From Methanobacteriota archaeon (GTDB taxonomy: Archaea > Thermoplasmatota > Thermoplasmata > SG8-5 > JAGLSY01), in NCBI GenBank assembly GCA_020696385.1, contig JAEHCQ010000007.1, positions 56,818 through 120,817 of the forward strand: a stretch of DNA of 64,000 bases, in the 5' to 3' direction. The notes below the pieces were generated by a model that had not been told where the DNA came from, ran no database searches, and saw only the letters and a list, made by a program, of their open reading frames with translations. Below, piece after piece: positions 47,148 through 57,094 of the stretch. The translations under genes and the position numbers were made by a program. Numbering within the stretch: the first letter of the stretch is position 1; the number at the start of each line of letters is the position of its first letter.

Positions 47148-48349
47148 GTCTCATCGATGATATCATTATAAGGAAGATCCTTGACAGCAGAGGCAATCCT
47201 ACAGTCGAAGTTGAGATCATCACAGAAAATGGTTACGGCATGGCCGCGGCCCCAAGCGGAGCCAGCACTGGAGAGCATGAGGTAAAGGCATTTCCAGAAG
47301 GCGGTGTTGATAAGGCCATCAGCATATTTCAAGAAGATATCGAGCCCGAGTTAATAGGCGTAGATACTTTTGAGCAGGAGTATATTGACTCCATGCTCCA
47401 TCACATAGATGGGACACCTGATTTTGCGAAGATCGGGGGCAATGTCTCGGTTGCAATTTCATTGGCAGTTGCAAAAGCATCTGCATCCATACTGGGTATT
47501 CCATTATACCAGTATATTGGAGGGGCTTTTGCCAAGTCCATCCCTAATCCACAGGGTAACCTGATCGGAGGCGGCAGACATGCGATAGGCGGGACAGATA
47601 TCCAGGAGTTCCTGGTCGTGTCCAAGTCAGATTCGATAGTCAAGAGCGTGTTCGCCAATGCTTATGCACACAAGACAGTGGGCAAGAAGCTCAAGGCAAA
47701 ATTGCCAGATACAGCCATCGGAAAGGGAGACGAGGGCGCATGGGTTGCCAAGTTGACAAATGAGGAAGCCCTGGAAGTTCTCAGATCCACATGCGATGAT
47801 GTGAAGAGCGAACTGGGTATAGAGATCCACCCATCACTTGATGTCGCAGCTTCCGAACTGTATGACAATGGAAATTACAAGTACAAGGATAAGGTACTGA
47901 CCACTGACCAGCAAGTGGATTACATTATCAAACTCATCGAGGACTTCGACCTACATATGGTGGAAGATCCCCTGGATGAGAACGATTTCGAGGCATATGC
48001 GAAACTCACGGAGGCCGTGGGCAGCAAATGCATCATAGTCGGTGATGATCTTTACGTGACCAACAAGGAAAGGTTGCAAAAGGGCATCGAGATGGGTAGC
48101 AGTAATGCGATACTCATCAAGCCGAACCAGGTCGGGACCCTGACAGACACGGTCCAGACAGTGAATCTGGCCAAGGAAAATGGCCTGAGAACGATAATAT
48201 CCCACAGGAGCGGTGAGACCATAGACGAGACCATCGCACACCTGGGAGTTGCCTTTGGCTCCTACGCGATTAAAACGGGAGCAGTAGGCGGCGAGAGGAT
48301 AGCGAAACTCAATGAATTGATCAGAATAGCCGAAGATTTGGAGGGCTAA
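47144..48349 (+). CDS. eno: Enolase
   Basis: [40 protein letters not shown]. Confidence 0.97.
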   Translation: MSLIDDIIIRKILDSRGNPTVEVEIITENGYGMAAAPSGASTGEHEVKAFPEGGVDKAISIFQEDIEPELIGVDTFEQEYIDSMLHHIDGTPDFAKIGGNVSVAISLAVAKASASILGIPLYQYIGGAFAKSIPNPQGNLIGGGRHAIGGTDIQEFLVVSKSDSIVKSVFANAYAHKTVGKKLKAKLPDTAIGKGDEGAWVAKLTNEEALEVLRSTCDDVKSELGIEIHPSLDVAASELYDNGNYKYKDKVLTTDQQVDYIIKLIEDFDLHMVEDPLDENDFEAYAKLTEAVGSKCIIVGDDLYVTNKERLQKGIEMGSSNAILIKPNQVGTLTDTVQTVNLAKENGLRTIISHRSGETIDETIAHLGVAFGSYAIKTGAVGGERIAKLNELIRIAEDLEG

Positions 48350-48351
48350 AT

Positions 48352-48990
48352 ATGGCAGAAACAATTGAAGAGCCAGTACAACAAGAAGAAGCAAAGAAGA
48401 CATTGCTGATACCTGAAGAAGGGTACCTTACATCTGGTGTTCACATAGGAACTCAGCAAAAGAGCGCGGACATGAAACAATTCCTGTTCAAAGTAAGAAG
48501 CGATGGTCTGTATGTCCTTGATGTGAAAAAGACCGATGAAAGGATCAAGCTGGCTGCCACTATGCTCGCCAATTACGATCCAAAGGATATAATGGTCGTT
48601 TCAGCAAGGCAATATGGTAAGAAGCCAGCAAGGCTTTTCTCAAAGACCTCTGGCGCCAGAGCCATCCCAGGTCGTTTCATACCAGGCTCATTGACAAATT
48701 ACAATCTTCCAGATTACAGGGAGCCAAAGGTTCTCTTTGTCACAGACCCAGCAGCAGATCAACAGGCGATCAGGGAAGCCATGAGGATCGGTATCCCGAT
48801 AATCGGCCTTTGTGATGCAAATAATGAGACCAGGAACATGGATCTTGTAATACCATCCAACAACAAGGGTAGAAGATCCCTGGCATTGGTCTACTGGCTT
48901 GTAACAAGGGAATTCCTCAAGGCAAAAGGCAAGATCGTCTCTGACGATGATTTCCTTCTGACAGTGGATGACTTTGAAGCAACACTTTAG
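48352..48990 (+). CDS. rps2: 30S ribosomal protein uS2
   Basis: GVHIGT, RFIPGSLTN, DP..D.QA..EA, IPSNNKG. Confidence 0.96.
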   Translation: MAETIEEPVQQEEAKKTLLIPEEGYLTSGVHIGTQQKSADMKQFLFKVRSDGLYVLDVKKTDERIKLAATMLANYDPKDIMVVSARQYGKKPARLFSKTSGARAIPGRFIPGSLTNYNLPDYREPKVLFVTDPAADQQAIREAMRIGIPIIGLCDANNETRNMDLVIPSNNKGRRSLALVYWLVTREFLKAKGKIVSDDDFLLTVDDFEATL

Positions 48991-49099
48991 TGTGTGGCTA
49001 CTTAATAGACCAGACATGACAATACGGCCGATGTGGAAATGCATCGGCCGGACATCTTACTTTTTATAAAAATAATCCAAATAATACTGGGAAACATTA

Positions 49100-49504
49100 T
49101 TATCGAATTATCATAACAGGTCGATCTGAATGTCTGGCAACCCGTTCTGCCACACTACCAAGAGTGAACCTTCCTATCTTGCCAGTTCCGATAGAGCCGA
49201 TAATGATCAGACTTACTTTCATGTCTGATGCGAAATTGATTATCTCTTCAGCCACATTCCCTTCCTTCACAAGACCAATGGCCTTAATTTCCCTGGCAAT
49301 CGCCTTGTCTATGGCCTTATTGACCATCTCATGGGCTCGGGCTCTGGAAACCTCAGGGTCCAGTATTGCGAATTCCTCTATCAAAGCTGCCGGGATCACA
49401 TAAAGGATTATTATCTCGTCTCCCTCTTCAGCCATGCCCAGTGCCTTTTCGAGGGCTTTCCAGGAATGATCAGAACCATCATAGGGAACAAGTATCTGTG
49501 CCAT
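49100..49504 (-). CDS. Universal stress protein
   Basis: ILVPYDGS, IIIGS.G, LGSVAERV...PVMIIR. Confidence 0.92.
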   Translation of the reverse strand: MAQILVPYDGSDHSWKALEKALGMAEEGDEIIILYVIPAALIEEFAILDPEVSRARAHEMVNKAIDKAIAREIKAIGLVKEGNVAEEIINFASDMKVSLIIIGSIGTGKIGRFTLGSVAERVARHSDRPVMIIR

Positions 49505-49652
49505 TGATAGAGTATTATCCTTTATGTTCTTATATATTATTGCGTGTTATTATGTGCGTGATATAAAGTCTATAAACTGTATAATTGTATAATTGTGCAA
49601 AACCTTATTATATAGATGGCGTTTGGGGGATATTCTCCCAGGAGGAGTATTA

Positions 49653-50015
49653 ATGAGAAGATTCGAAAAGACCAACCCGAACATAACCGATCTCATACTG
49701 GAACTCAAGAAGGCATCTCGTGATAACGATGCTGCCATCTGGAGGGACATTGCAAAGAGATTGGAAAAACCGAGTTCCAGGTGGAGCGAGGTCAATCTTA
49801 GCGAAATCGAACGATATGCAAAGGACAAGGATACCATTGCGATACCCGGCAAACTATTGGGAGCCGGTAATATCACGAAAGCTGTCAATGTTGCAGCTTT
49901 CAGCGCATCCAACAGTGCCAAGACCAAACTGGAGGAAGCAGGTGGAAAGTTCATGCAATTAGAGGAGCTGGCAGCCAGTAACCCAAAGGGTAGCGGCGTC
50001 AGGATCATGGGGTGA
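49653..50015 (+). CDS. rpl18e: 50S ribosomal protein eL18
   Basis: KTNP, A.IW, VNLS.I, PGKLLG.G, NPKGSGVRI; GGAGG RBS. Confidence 0.95.
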   Translation: MRRFEKTNPNITDLILELKKASRDNDAAIWRDIAKRLEKPSSRWSEVNLSEIERYAKDKDTIAIPGKLLGAGNITKAVNVAAFSASNSAKTKLEEAGGKFMQLEELAASNPKGSGVRIMG

Positions 50016-50019
50016 TACT

Positions 50020-50442
50020 TTGCAGGTTATTGATGGAACTGGACATATACTAGGTCGATTGGCCACATACGTTGCTAAACAAGTATTGGAAGGCGAGGAG
50101 ATCGTCATAGTCAATGCTGAAAAAGTACTTGTTACTGGAAGCAAGACCGATATCATTGCAGATTACCATAACAGGCGAAACAGGGGTGTAACAGGTAGGA
50201 ACAGAAAGGGTCCTTACTACCCCAGGATGCCAGACCGAATGGTACGAAGAAGTATCAGAGGAATGATACCATACCAGCAGCCCAGAGGAAAGGCCGCTTA
50301 TGAGAGGTTGATGACCTACATAGGTGTTCCAAAGGAGTTCGAAGGTATGGAACAGATCACGATCGAGAATGCAAAATATAGAGGAAGTGCCAAGAAGATG
50401 TCAATGGAGGAACTCTCCGGATATCTTGGTGCTAAATTCTGA
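50020..50442 (+). CDS. rpl13: 50S ribosomal protein uL13
   Basis: GHILGRLA, VNAE, GPYYPRMPD..RGMIPY; TTG start with GGGGTGA RBS. Confidence 0.95.
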   Translation: MQVIDGTGHILGRLATYVAKQVLEGEEIVIVNAEKVLVTGSKTDIIADYHNRRNRGVTGRNRKGPYYPRMPDRMVRRSIRGMIPYQQPRGKAAYERLMTYIGVPKEFEGMEQITIENAKYRGSAKKMSMEELSGYLGAKF

Positions 50443-50451
50443 GGTGTTTAG

Positions 50452-50868
50452 ATGGCAAAAGCAAAGAAAACTAAAGTTGTGAACACAAGCGGAAAGAGAA
50501 AGACGGCCATCGCGAGAGCCACCGTCAAAAAGGGAAAAGGAAGGGTTAGGATAAATTCCATCCCACTTGAGATCCTTACCCCGGAGCTTGCAAGATTGAA
50601 GATACAGGAACCGCTGATCATGGCAGGCAAGAAATCCGAAATAGTGGATGTCGATATCAGTGTCGCTGGTGGCGGGTTCATGGGACAGGCAGAAGCCTGC
50701 AGGACCGCAGTCGCAAAGGGACTTGTAGCTTTCCACGAAGATGAAGAACTTGAATCCATATTCAGAATGTACGACAGAAGCCTTATGGTGAATGATGCCA
50801 GGAGAAAGCTTCCGAAGAAGCCGCTTGGCCGTGGTGCAAGAAAGAAGCGCCAGAAATCGTACAGGTGA
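50452..50868 (+). CDS. rps9: 30S ribosomal protein uS9
   Basis: GKRKTAIARA, GGGFMGQA, GARKKRQKSYR. Confidence 0.97.
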   Translation: MAKAKKTKVVNTSGKRKTAIARATVKKGKGRVRINSIPLEILTPELARLKIQEPLIMAGKKSEIVDVDISVAGGGFMGQAEACRTAVAKGLVAFHEDEELESIFRMYDRSLMVNDARRKLPKKPLGRGARKKRQKSYR

Positions 50869-50874
50869 TCTTCT

Positions 50875-51066
50875 ATGATGATACCTGTAAGATGCTTCAC
50901 ATGTGGCAAAGTAGTAGGGTCTGCCTACGAGCCTTTCGTTGAAAGGACTGGTAAGGGCGAGGATCCGGTCAAGGTCCTGGACGAACTGGGACTTGACCGC
51001 TACTGCTGTCGCCGCATGATAATATCCCATGTGGATCTTGTAGATGAGTTAATGCCGTTCGACTAA
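50875..51066 (+). CDS. rpoN: RNA polymerase subunit Rpo10 (N)
   Basis: [17 protein letters not shown]. Confidence 0.97.
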   Translation: MMIPVRCFTCGKVVGSAYEPFVERTGKGEDPVKVLDELGLDRYCCRRMIISHVDLVDELMPFD

Positions 51067-51194
51067 GTTCGGACGGTGTTTGCTCCACTATCAATGTATA
51101 GCCAAAGGCTTGCTGAGCTATATTGAAGCTCAGTAAGTCCATGTGGTAAACATTTAATACTCTGGCACAATTCCCCAAATACAACACATGCAAA

Positions 51195-51267
51195 GGGCCC
51201 GTGGGGTAGTTTGGTATCCTTGTACTCTGGGGGGGTATAAACTCCGGTTCAAATCCGGGCGGGCCCA
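51195..51267 (+). tRNA. tRNA-Pro (GGG); CCA not encoded
   Basis: GGGCCCG/CGGGCCC acceptor, GTACT-CTGGGGG-GGTAT anticodon arm, GGTTCAAATCC; canonical position after rpoN. Confidence 0.85.
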
Positions 51268-51348
51268 CTTTTTTACTTTAAAAGCCTTTTAGTACACCTA
51301 TAACGGCCGTCCAGCACAAATTGATTATGGTGGCCCAACCCCCAGTCA

Positions 51349-52290
51349 ATGGAAAACATTATTCAGTATGGTGCATTTTCATTCTCGATGGACGAGGTTG
51401 ACATAGTCATATTCAAAGAATTATGGAAGAATTCAAGAATTACTATAAGGGAGCTTTCCGACAAACTGGGCATATCCGTGAACAGTGTGCACAAGAGAAT
51501 CAACAATCTTGTTGAGGTAGGCATCATCGAATGCTTCTTTTTGAGACCTAACAAACTCTATCCTGCATCTTTATGGGTATTGCTATTTGGAAAATCTAAT
51601 TCATCCGAGCTGGAGAATAAGATATTAAAATTAGGAAAGAAAGGAAATATCTTTAAAGCGGTACAGTGCTTGGATAATTGTGTCCTAATCTTTGGACCCC
51701 TCAAGGATATCTCCGAAATCAATAACTTCACTGAAGATGTAGTGAGGGAACTGATTATGGAAGATTATATACTCGGCATTCAGGCCAATAATGAAAATAA
51801 TGAGGATACAGTCTCGTTTTCCAAGTTGGATTATCAAATATGCCACTCATTGGCTAAGAATTCAAGAAGACCCCTGTTAGATGTAGCAAATGAGTTGGGC
51901 GTGACCCCCAAAACAGTGAAACGAAGATTGACCAAAATGGAGAAGGATGGATCGGTGCATACGAAATTCCGCTGGCAGCCAGCATTGGGCGATATGATTT
52001 TATCCTACATGTACCTAACCATAAAGCCAGGCATATCAAGGCAAGAGATCACCGCCTATCTATCTAATGATTTTAATACTCATTTACTTCAATATATTGA
52101 GTTCAGCAATCTTCCTAATTTCCTACTCACAGCCTTCTGTGGCAGGACCTTTGGTGAGATAAGTGACATCCAGCAGAGGCTCAATGAAAGTGGAAAGTTC
52201 AAGGAAATAACAGTCAATGTCCAATATAAGGCGTATCATTTTGATACTTGGATGGACGACCATATACGGAATAAAGCAGGAATCAAATAG
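51349..52290 (+). CDS. Tandem (double) Lrp/AsnC-family HTH regulator
   Basis: Two D..I...L..NSR....EL...LG.....V..R HTH units. Confidence 0.85.
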   Translation: MENIIQYGAFSFSMDEVDIVIFKELWKNSRITIRELSDKLGISVNSVHKRINNLVEVGIIECFFLRPNKLYPASLWVLLFGKSNSSELENKILKLGKKGNIFKAVQCLDNCVLIFGPLKDISEINNFTEDVVRELIMEDYILGIQANNENNEDTVSFSKLDYQICHSLAKNSRRPLLDVANELGVTPKTVKRRLTKMEKDGSVHTKFRWQPALGDMILSYMYLTIKPGISRQEITAYLSNDFNTHLLQYIEFSNLPNFLLTAFCGRTFGEISDIQQRLNESGKFKEITVNVQYKAYHFDTWMDDHIRNKAGIK

Positions 52291-52437
52291 TAGCCAGTAT
52301 TTTTCATGTTCTGTTTTTTTCACCCGGAAAGGTGAAGAAGGCTCCATTTTTTTCAATTGTGATTGTCCTTTCTTAATCTACCCCTAAAACATGAGCTTAT
52401 AACTTGTTTTGACAATATTTATCTTGAGGTGTGAAAA

Positions 52438-52602
52438 ATGAAGAACATCATGAAAGAAGTGATTAGAATACTGATCGGACGCCGAAAAGGCGGTGCAGCC
52501 TATGGATTCAGCAATTCGGTAGAATCCCGTGCAGCCTATGGATTCAGCAATTCGGTAGAATCCCTGATAACAGGACAAAGAATCAGGACATCAATAGTCT
52601 GA
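52438..52602 (+). CDS. Small peptide (54 aa) with a duplicated AAYGFSNSVES segment
   Basis: GAGGTG RBS; MKNIMKEVIRILIGRRKGGAAYGFSNSVESRAAYGFSNSVESLITGQRIRTSIV; below the ORF-track cutoff. Confidence 0.5.
   Translation: MKNIMKEVIRILIGRRKGGAAYGFSNSVESRAAYGFSNSVESLITGQRIRTSIV
52493..52564 (+). repeat. Perfect 36-bp tandem duplication
   Basis: GTGCAGCCTATGGATTCAGCAATTCGGTAGAATCCC x2. Confidence 0.95.
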
Positions 52603-52623
52603 ACCAGATATGCAGAAATAAAG

Positions 52624-52806
52624 GTGTTGGAAATGAGAAACTATGAAGCAATGAGAGGTGGACACAAGCCACGGGACATATATGCCGAATTGCGCAGAAT
52701 AGAGGAGCGCGGTAAAAGACTCAAGAACAAGCAAAGGGCAAGATTTCACTGGCCATTTAGAATGAAATCGAAGAATGCAGATAAAAAGGCGGTGAGCTCA
52801 TTATGA
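52624..52806 (+). CDS. Small basic hypothetical protein
   Basis: AAGGTG RBS (true start likely the ATG at 52633); ATGA overlap with the next small ORF. Confidence 0.5.
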   Translation: MLEMRNYEAMRGGHKPRDIYAELRRIEERGKRLKNKQRARFHWPFRMKSKNADKKAVSSL

Positions 52807-52976
52807 CCATAATAATCTATCAGATCGAGACGAGAGATGATGGGGCCAAGTCCATTGAACCTTTAACTGTTTTCAAAAAATTGAGTGAAGCTAAAAGCTA
52901 CATAACTCAAATGCTGGCCAAAGGAAAGGAAGTGTACGGCATGAAAGTTGGTCCAATGAGAGTTAATAGAATTTAA
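52803..52976 (+). CDS. Small hypothetical protein (57 aa)
   Basis: GGCGGTGA RBS; MTIIIYQIETRDDGAKSIEP...MRVNRI; manually translated. Confidence 0.5.
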   Translation: MTIIIYQIETRDDGAKSIEPLTVFKKLSEAKSYITQMLAKGKEVYGMKVGPMRVNRI

Positions 52977-53003
52977 TATCCATTAATTTAAATAATTAAA
53001 TAG

Positions 53004-53402
53004 GTGAAAAAAATGATCAAAATAAACGAACTAGTCGAAAAGGCAAAGAAAGCGAATTCACAGGAGATGCTGGCCCCTGTTTTCAAGAACCAGGATTTCG
53101 AGGTCTGGGTCGGTGTCTGGCTCACTGAAAATGGTGATTCAGATATCTTCACAGCGGTCTCAATTCAGCTGGGCTTCTCCGATGATTGCAGTGTTAACAT
53201 GAATTACTTGCAAAATGCAGTCGATGTTACAGGCAAGCTACATGAACTGGGATTTACAGTCTATCACTGTAATTCCTCCATCTATATGGAGCGCGAATCA
53301 GGCAAGGAAGAAGTTAACGAGCATCTGAAAGAGCTTGGTGAATTACTCGCAGTGGACCTATCCAACATCATTATCATAAGAAATGAAAAGGAGGTGAGAT
53401 AA
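53004..53402 (+). CDS. Hypothetical protein
   Basis: AGGTGA RBS before the ATG at 53013; about 130 aa. Confidence 0.6.
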   Translation: MKKMIKINELVEKAKKANSQEMLAPVFKNQDFEVWVGVWLTENGDSDIFTAVSIQLGFSDDCSVNMNYLQNAVDVTGKLHELGFTVYHCNSSIYMERESGKEEVNEHLKELGELLAVDLSNIIIIRNEKEVR

Positions 53403-53525
53403 ATGGACATAGAAATATCAATTCTAATTCTTGGAGCCCTAATAATGACCGGGTTAATTGTTGCCGGAGGAGCAATTTCCAGCGCAATTGCAGAACAGAC
53501 CAAGGCAATGAACAGCAAGGAGTAG
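53403..53525 (+). CDS. Small single-TM peptide (40 aa)
   Basis: GGAGGTGA RBS; MDIEISILILGALIMTGLIVAGGAISSAIAEQTKAMNSKE. Confidence 0.5.
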   Translation: MDIEISILILGALIMTGLIVAGGAISSAIAEQTKAMNSKE

Positions 53526-53706
53526 ATTATTATGAGCGAACTTAGCCATAATATATTTTTCCACGGTGGGGCCGGGAAACCGGCCCTTCTTTTTGGGAAG
53601 GGGGATCAATATGGAGAAAATTCTGGTATTCAGGATTGCTTGGGCCTGACCCTGACTTGGAGCATTAAAGAATCTAAGCATAGAGTTATAATTAGAGGTG
53701 TAAAAT

Positions 53707-54627
53707 ATGATAGATAATGATAATAAAATAGTAGATGAAATAGTAGATGAAATAGATATTGATACTACACGAAATACGTCAAACAAATCTTTTGGGTTTA
53801 GAGAATTTTTGAAAAAGAATACACTGGCAGTATATTTCGCCCTTATTCTGATCATCGGGTGGTTTCCATGGTATACAACCGGTTCAGGAATTATTTTCTG
53901 GGCTCCGATAATCAGTTTTGTAATAATTTCAGGTTTAGTAAACGGAAAACAAGAAATTCTCCGAGTGCTCAAAAGCATGTTTAAATGGAAAGCTAAACCA
54001 ATATGGTATATTATTGTGCTTTCTTTTCCAGTGATCTTCGCCCTAATAGCGGTTGGAATTCGAGTTATCTCGGGTGGAACAGCACCAGATTTTGCTATCA
54101 TTAGTGAGAATCCACTTTCGATACTCTTCCTTACATTTATTTTCCTCTTCCCTCTGACCGCAACTGCCTTTCAGGAAGAAATGGGATTCCGTGGATATGC
54201 CTTGCCTATCGCCCAGAAAAAATATGGGCCATTGGTCGGGACATTGATCATCGGAGCATTCTTTGGGGCTTGGCTGCTTCCTGAGTTTTTCAACAGTTCA
54301 TCTGCACAATATGCCATGGGTGGGATGTCCTATTATCCCTGGTTCATATTAACGGAACTTTCATGGTCAATCATTATGACATGGATCTACAACAATACAA
54401 AGGGCAGTGCACTAATAAGTGGCTGGCTTCTTCATGGATTTTTCAATTTGTGGACTCTCCTATTGCTTACCAATGCTGTTATGGGTGAGGAATTCGAAGC
54501 TTTTGATGAAGTGTTGCTAATCATATATTCGGTTGTTGTGACAGGTGCTGCCATTGTTATAACTATTGTCACAAAGGGTCGATTAAGCTATGATCGTCTA
54601 CCCAAAGAAGAGATATGCAATTCCTAA
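53707..54627 (+). CDS. CPBP/CAAX-type (Abi) intramembrane metalloprotease
   Basis: EEMGFRGYA, W.LP.F, YNNTKGS, HGFFN. Confidence 0.88.
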   Translation: MIDNDNKIVDEIVDEIDIDTTRNTSNKSFGFREFLKKNTLAVYFALILIIGWFPWYTTGSGIIFWAPIISFVIISGLVNGKQEILRVLKSMFKWKAKPIWYIIVLSFPVIFALIAVGIRVISGGTAPDFAIISENPLSILFLTFIFLFPLTATAFQEEMGFRGYALPIAQKKYGPLVGTLIIGAFFGAWLLPEFFNSSSAQYAMGGMSYYPWFILTELSWSIIMTWIYNNTKGSALISGWLLHGFFNLWTLLLLTNAVMGEEFEAFDEVLLIIYSVVVTGAAIVITIVTKGRLSYDRLPKEEICNS

Positions 54628-54658
54628 AAAAAATGAATAATGATAAAAAAGAAAATAG

Positions 54659-55114
54659 GTGATAAATATGAATAAAAATAATGTAAAAAATACGACAAAA
54701 GAAAGTGAGCTTGAATTGGAGAATGATAGAAAGACCACACCGATCTTCGAAGATGTGAAGATAAATACGAAGATAATACTTGCAGCATTATGGGCCGGGC
54801 ATTTCATGCTATGGACATTTGGAGATATGGCATCCCTTCTGCAACAATTGAGTGACCCTATTGAAAATAATTTATTGTTGTTCATCGCAGTACCACTTGC
54901 CATGACCCAGGCATTGATGATATTCTTCAGCCTTACAGGGAAAGCAAAACATGTTCGTCTGGCAAATATAGGCGCGGCCTCAGTATTCATGCTATTTAAT
55001 GTAGGATTCATATCAGAGGCAACTGCTGGCTGGGAAGCTCTTTTGGGAGCGGCATATGTTCTGTTCAATGTACTGGTCATAATATACGCATGGAAATGGC
55101 CAAAACAGGAATAA
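54659..55114 (+). CDS. Small four-TM membrane protein (DUF6326-like)
   Basis: KIILAALW..., RLANI, IIYAWKWP. Confidence 0.65.
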   Translation: MINMNKNNVKNTTKESELELENDRKTTPIFEDVKINTKIILAALWAGHFMLWTFGDMASLLQQLSDPIENNLLLFIAVPLAMTQALMIFFSLTGKAKHVRLANIGAASVFMLFNVGFISEATAGWEALLGAAYVLFNVLVIIYAWKWPKQE

Positions 55115-55126
55115 TTTGAGTGTGAT

Positions 55127-56155
55127 ATGATGAAAGCGATTGTGTATGATAAATACGGGGCACCAGAAGTTCTTAAGATCAAAGAGGTAGCCAAGCCGAT
55201 ACCCAAGGACAATGAGATATTGATAAGAACTCATGCTGCAACGGTAACGAAATTCGATTGTTGGATGAGAAGCGCCACAGCTCCTCCTGGGTTCGGGCTC
55301 CTGATGCGGATAGCTTCAGGTTTCACAGGGCCGAAGAAGACCATTCTCGGAACCGAGATGGCCGGGGAGATCGAAGCGGTAGGTAAAGATGTAACACGAT
55401 TCAAAATAGGCGATAGTGTCTTCGGATCCTTCGGAATGAACATGGGTGCTTATGCTGAGTACATCTGTCTACCTGAAGATGGAGCGGTGGCATTAAAACC
55501 GGCTAATATGAACAATGAAGAAGCTGCTGCTGTACCTTACGGCGGATTGACCGCATTGTATTTCTTAAGAAAGGCAAACATCCAGAAGGGACAGAAAATC
55601 CTTATCTATGGGGCATCCGGCGGGGTGGGTAATTATGCGGTTCAGCTTGCCAAGTCCTTCGGGGCGGAGGTCACTGGGGTCTGCAGTACCAAAAAAGTAG
55701 AATTCGTAAGAAGCCTGGGAGCCGATAAGGTAATTGATTACACAAAAGAGGATTTTACCAAAAATAATGAGATCTATGATATAATCTATGACACAATAGG
55801 AAGTAGCCCGTTTCCAGGTAGTAAAAGGTCATTGAAGAAAGACGGCATCTATGTTACCACAACTTTCGGAATCCCACGGCTTCTTCAAATGCAATGGCTT
55901 AAGCTGACAAGCAGTAAGAAGGCGGTATCCGGCCTGACGGAGGAAAAGGCCGAGGACCTGGTATTCATCAGAGAGCTTATCGAGAACGGAAAGCTGAAAT
56001 CTGTCATTGACAGAACATATCCTTTGGAACAGACCGCCGAGGCACACAGATACGTCGAAACAGGGCATAAAAAAGGGAATGTGGCCATTACTTTGAAACA
56101 ACCTTTATTAACAAATGAACATTTCTGGACTGTGCCAGAAAAAGGAGGTGCATAA
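55127..56155 (+). CDS. NAD(P)-dependent MDR-family oxidoreductase (quinone reductase-like)
   Basis: [42 protein letters not shown]. Confidence 0.9.
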   Translation: MMKAIVYDKYGAPEVLKIKEVAKPIPKDNEILIRTHAATVTKFDCWMRSATAPPGFGLLMRIASGFTGPKKTILGTEMAGEIEAVGKDVTRFKIGDSVFGSFGMNMGAYAEYICLPEDGAVALKPANMNNEEAAAVPYGGLTALYFLRKANIQKGQKILIYGASGGVGNYAVQLAKSFGAEVTGVCSTKKVEFVRSLGADKVIDYTKEDFTKNNEIYDIIYDTIGSSPFPGSKRSLKKDGIYVTTTFGIPRLLQMQWLKLTSSKKAVSGLTEEKAEDLVFIRELIENGKLKSVIDRTYPLEQTAEAHRYVETGHKKGNVAITLKQPLLTNEHFWTVPEKGGA

Positions 56156-57094
56156 ATGTCTAATGAATCAATAATAACTGTGACCGAACTCAAGAAACAC
56201 TATGGAGACATCAAGGCAGTCGATGGTGTCAGCTTTGATGTCAAACGTGGACAAATATTCTCTTGCCTTGGACCTAATGGAGCAGGAAAGACCACTACTG
56301 TGGAGATGATGGAGGGGCTTCGCACCCCGACTTCAGGTAAAATCGAAATCTTTGGTGTAGATGTGACCCAGGACTACGCGTCCATCCGGCACCGAGTCGG
56401 TGTTCTGCCTCAGGACTTCATACCATTTGAACGGCTCAAAGCCCCTGAAGCTATTGCATATTTCGCAGGACTTTACGGCAAAGAGATGACAAAAGATGAC
56501 GTAAATAAGCTTCTTGAAACCGTCGAATTGGTTCATCGAAAAGATGTCATTGCCAAAAAGCTCTCTGGTGGTGAGAAGAGAAAACTTGGCATTGCACTCG
56601 CACTTGTCGGAGAACCTGACCTCCTTTTCCTAGATGAGCCTACTACAGGCCTGGACGCACAGGCAAGGAGAAATCTTTGGGGACTTCTCGAAAATTTGAG
56701 AGATGAGGGCAGAACCATTCTTTTGACCACCCATTACCTGGATGAGGCAGAAAAACTCTCAGATGAGGTCTTTGTCATGCATAAGGGGAAAGAGATTGCC
56801 CGAGCATCTCCGCAAAAGCTGATCGAACAATATGGCGGCAAGAGATCCATGATCATTCACGGTTGTGATGCAGAATCCATTCAGAAATTAGAGGCATCAG
56901 GCTTTTCTATGGAGCGTGTTCAAAAAGATGTTAAATTATTCATTGGCGAAGGAGAATCTGTGAGAGACATAGTTCGTCGATTGGATTCCAGTGATATTCT
57001 GTATACGGATTTCACGACCAATGAACCAACTTTAGAGGATGCTTTCATAAATCTTGTTGGCGGTACAATTGTTTCAGGGGAGTTGAGCAAATGA
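56156..57094 (+). CDS. ABC transporter ATP-binding protein
   Basis: GPNGAGKTT, LSGGE, LDEPTTGLD, TTHY. Confidence 0.93.
   Translation: MSNESIITVTELKKHYGDIKAVDGVSFDVKRGQIFSCLGPNGAGKTTTVEMMEGLRTPTSGKIEIFGVDVTQDYASIRHRVGVLPQDFIPFERLKAPEAIAYFAGLYGKEMTKDDVNKLLETVELVHRKDVIAKKLSGGEKRKLGIALALVGEPDLLFLDEPTTGLDAQARRNLWGLLENLRDEGRTILLTTHYLDEAEKLSDEVFVMHKGKEIARASPQKLIEQYGGKRSMIIHGCDAESIQKLEASGFSMERVQKDVKLFIGEGESVRDIVRRLDSSDILYTDFTTNEPTLEDAFINLVGGTIVSGELSK

Noticed and set aside
51102-51140. Hairpin between rpoN and tRNA-Pro as a further element copy
   Set aside because: Shares only CTGAGCT-type words with copy B and neither conserved terminal motif; likely a terminator or processing stem.
52493-52564. 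CRISPR repeat (36 bp)
   Set aside because: Two copies directly adjacent with no spacer; in-frame within a small ORF.
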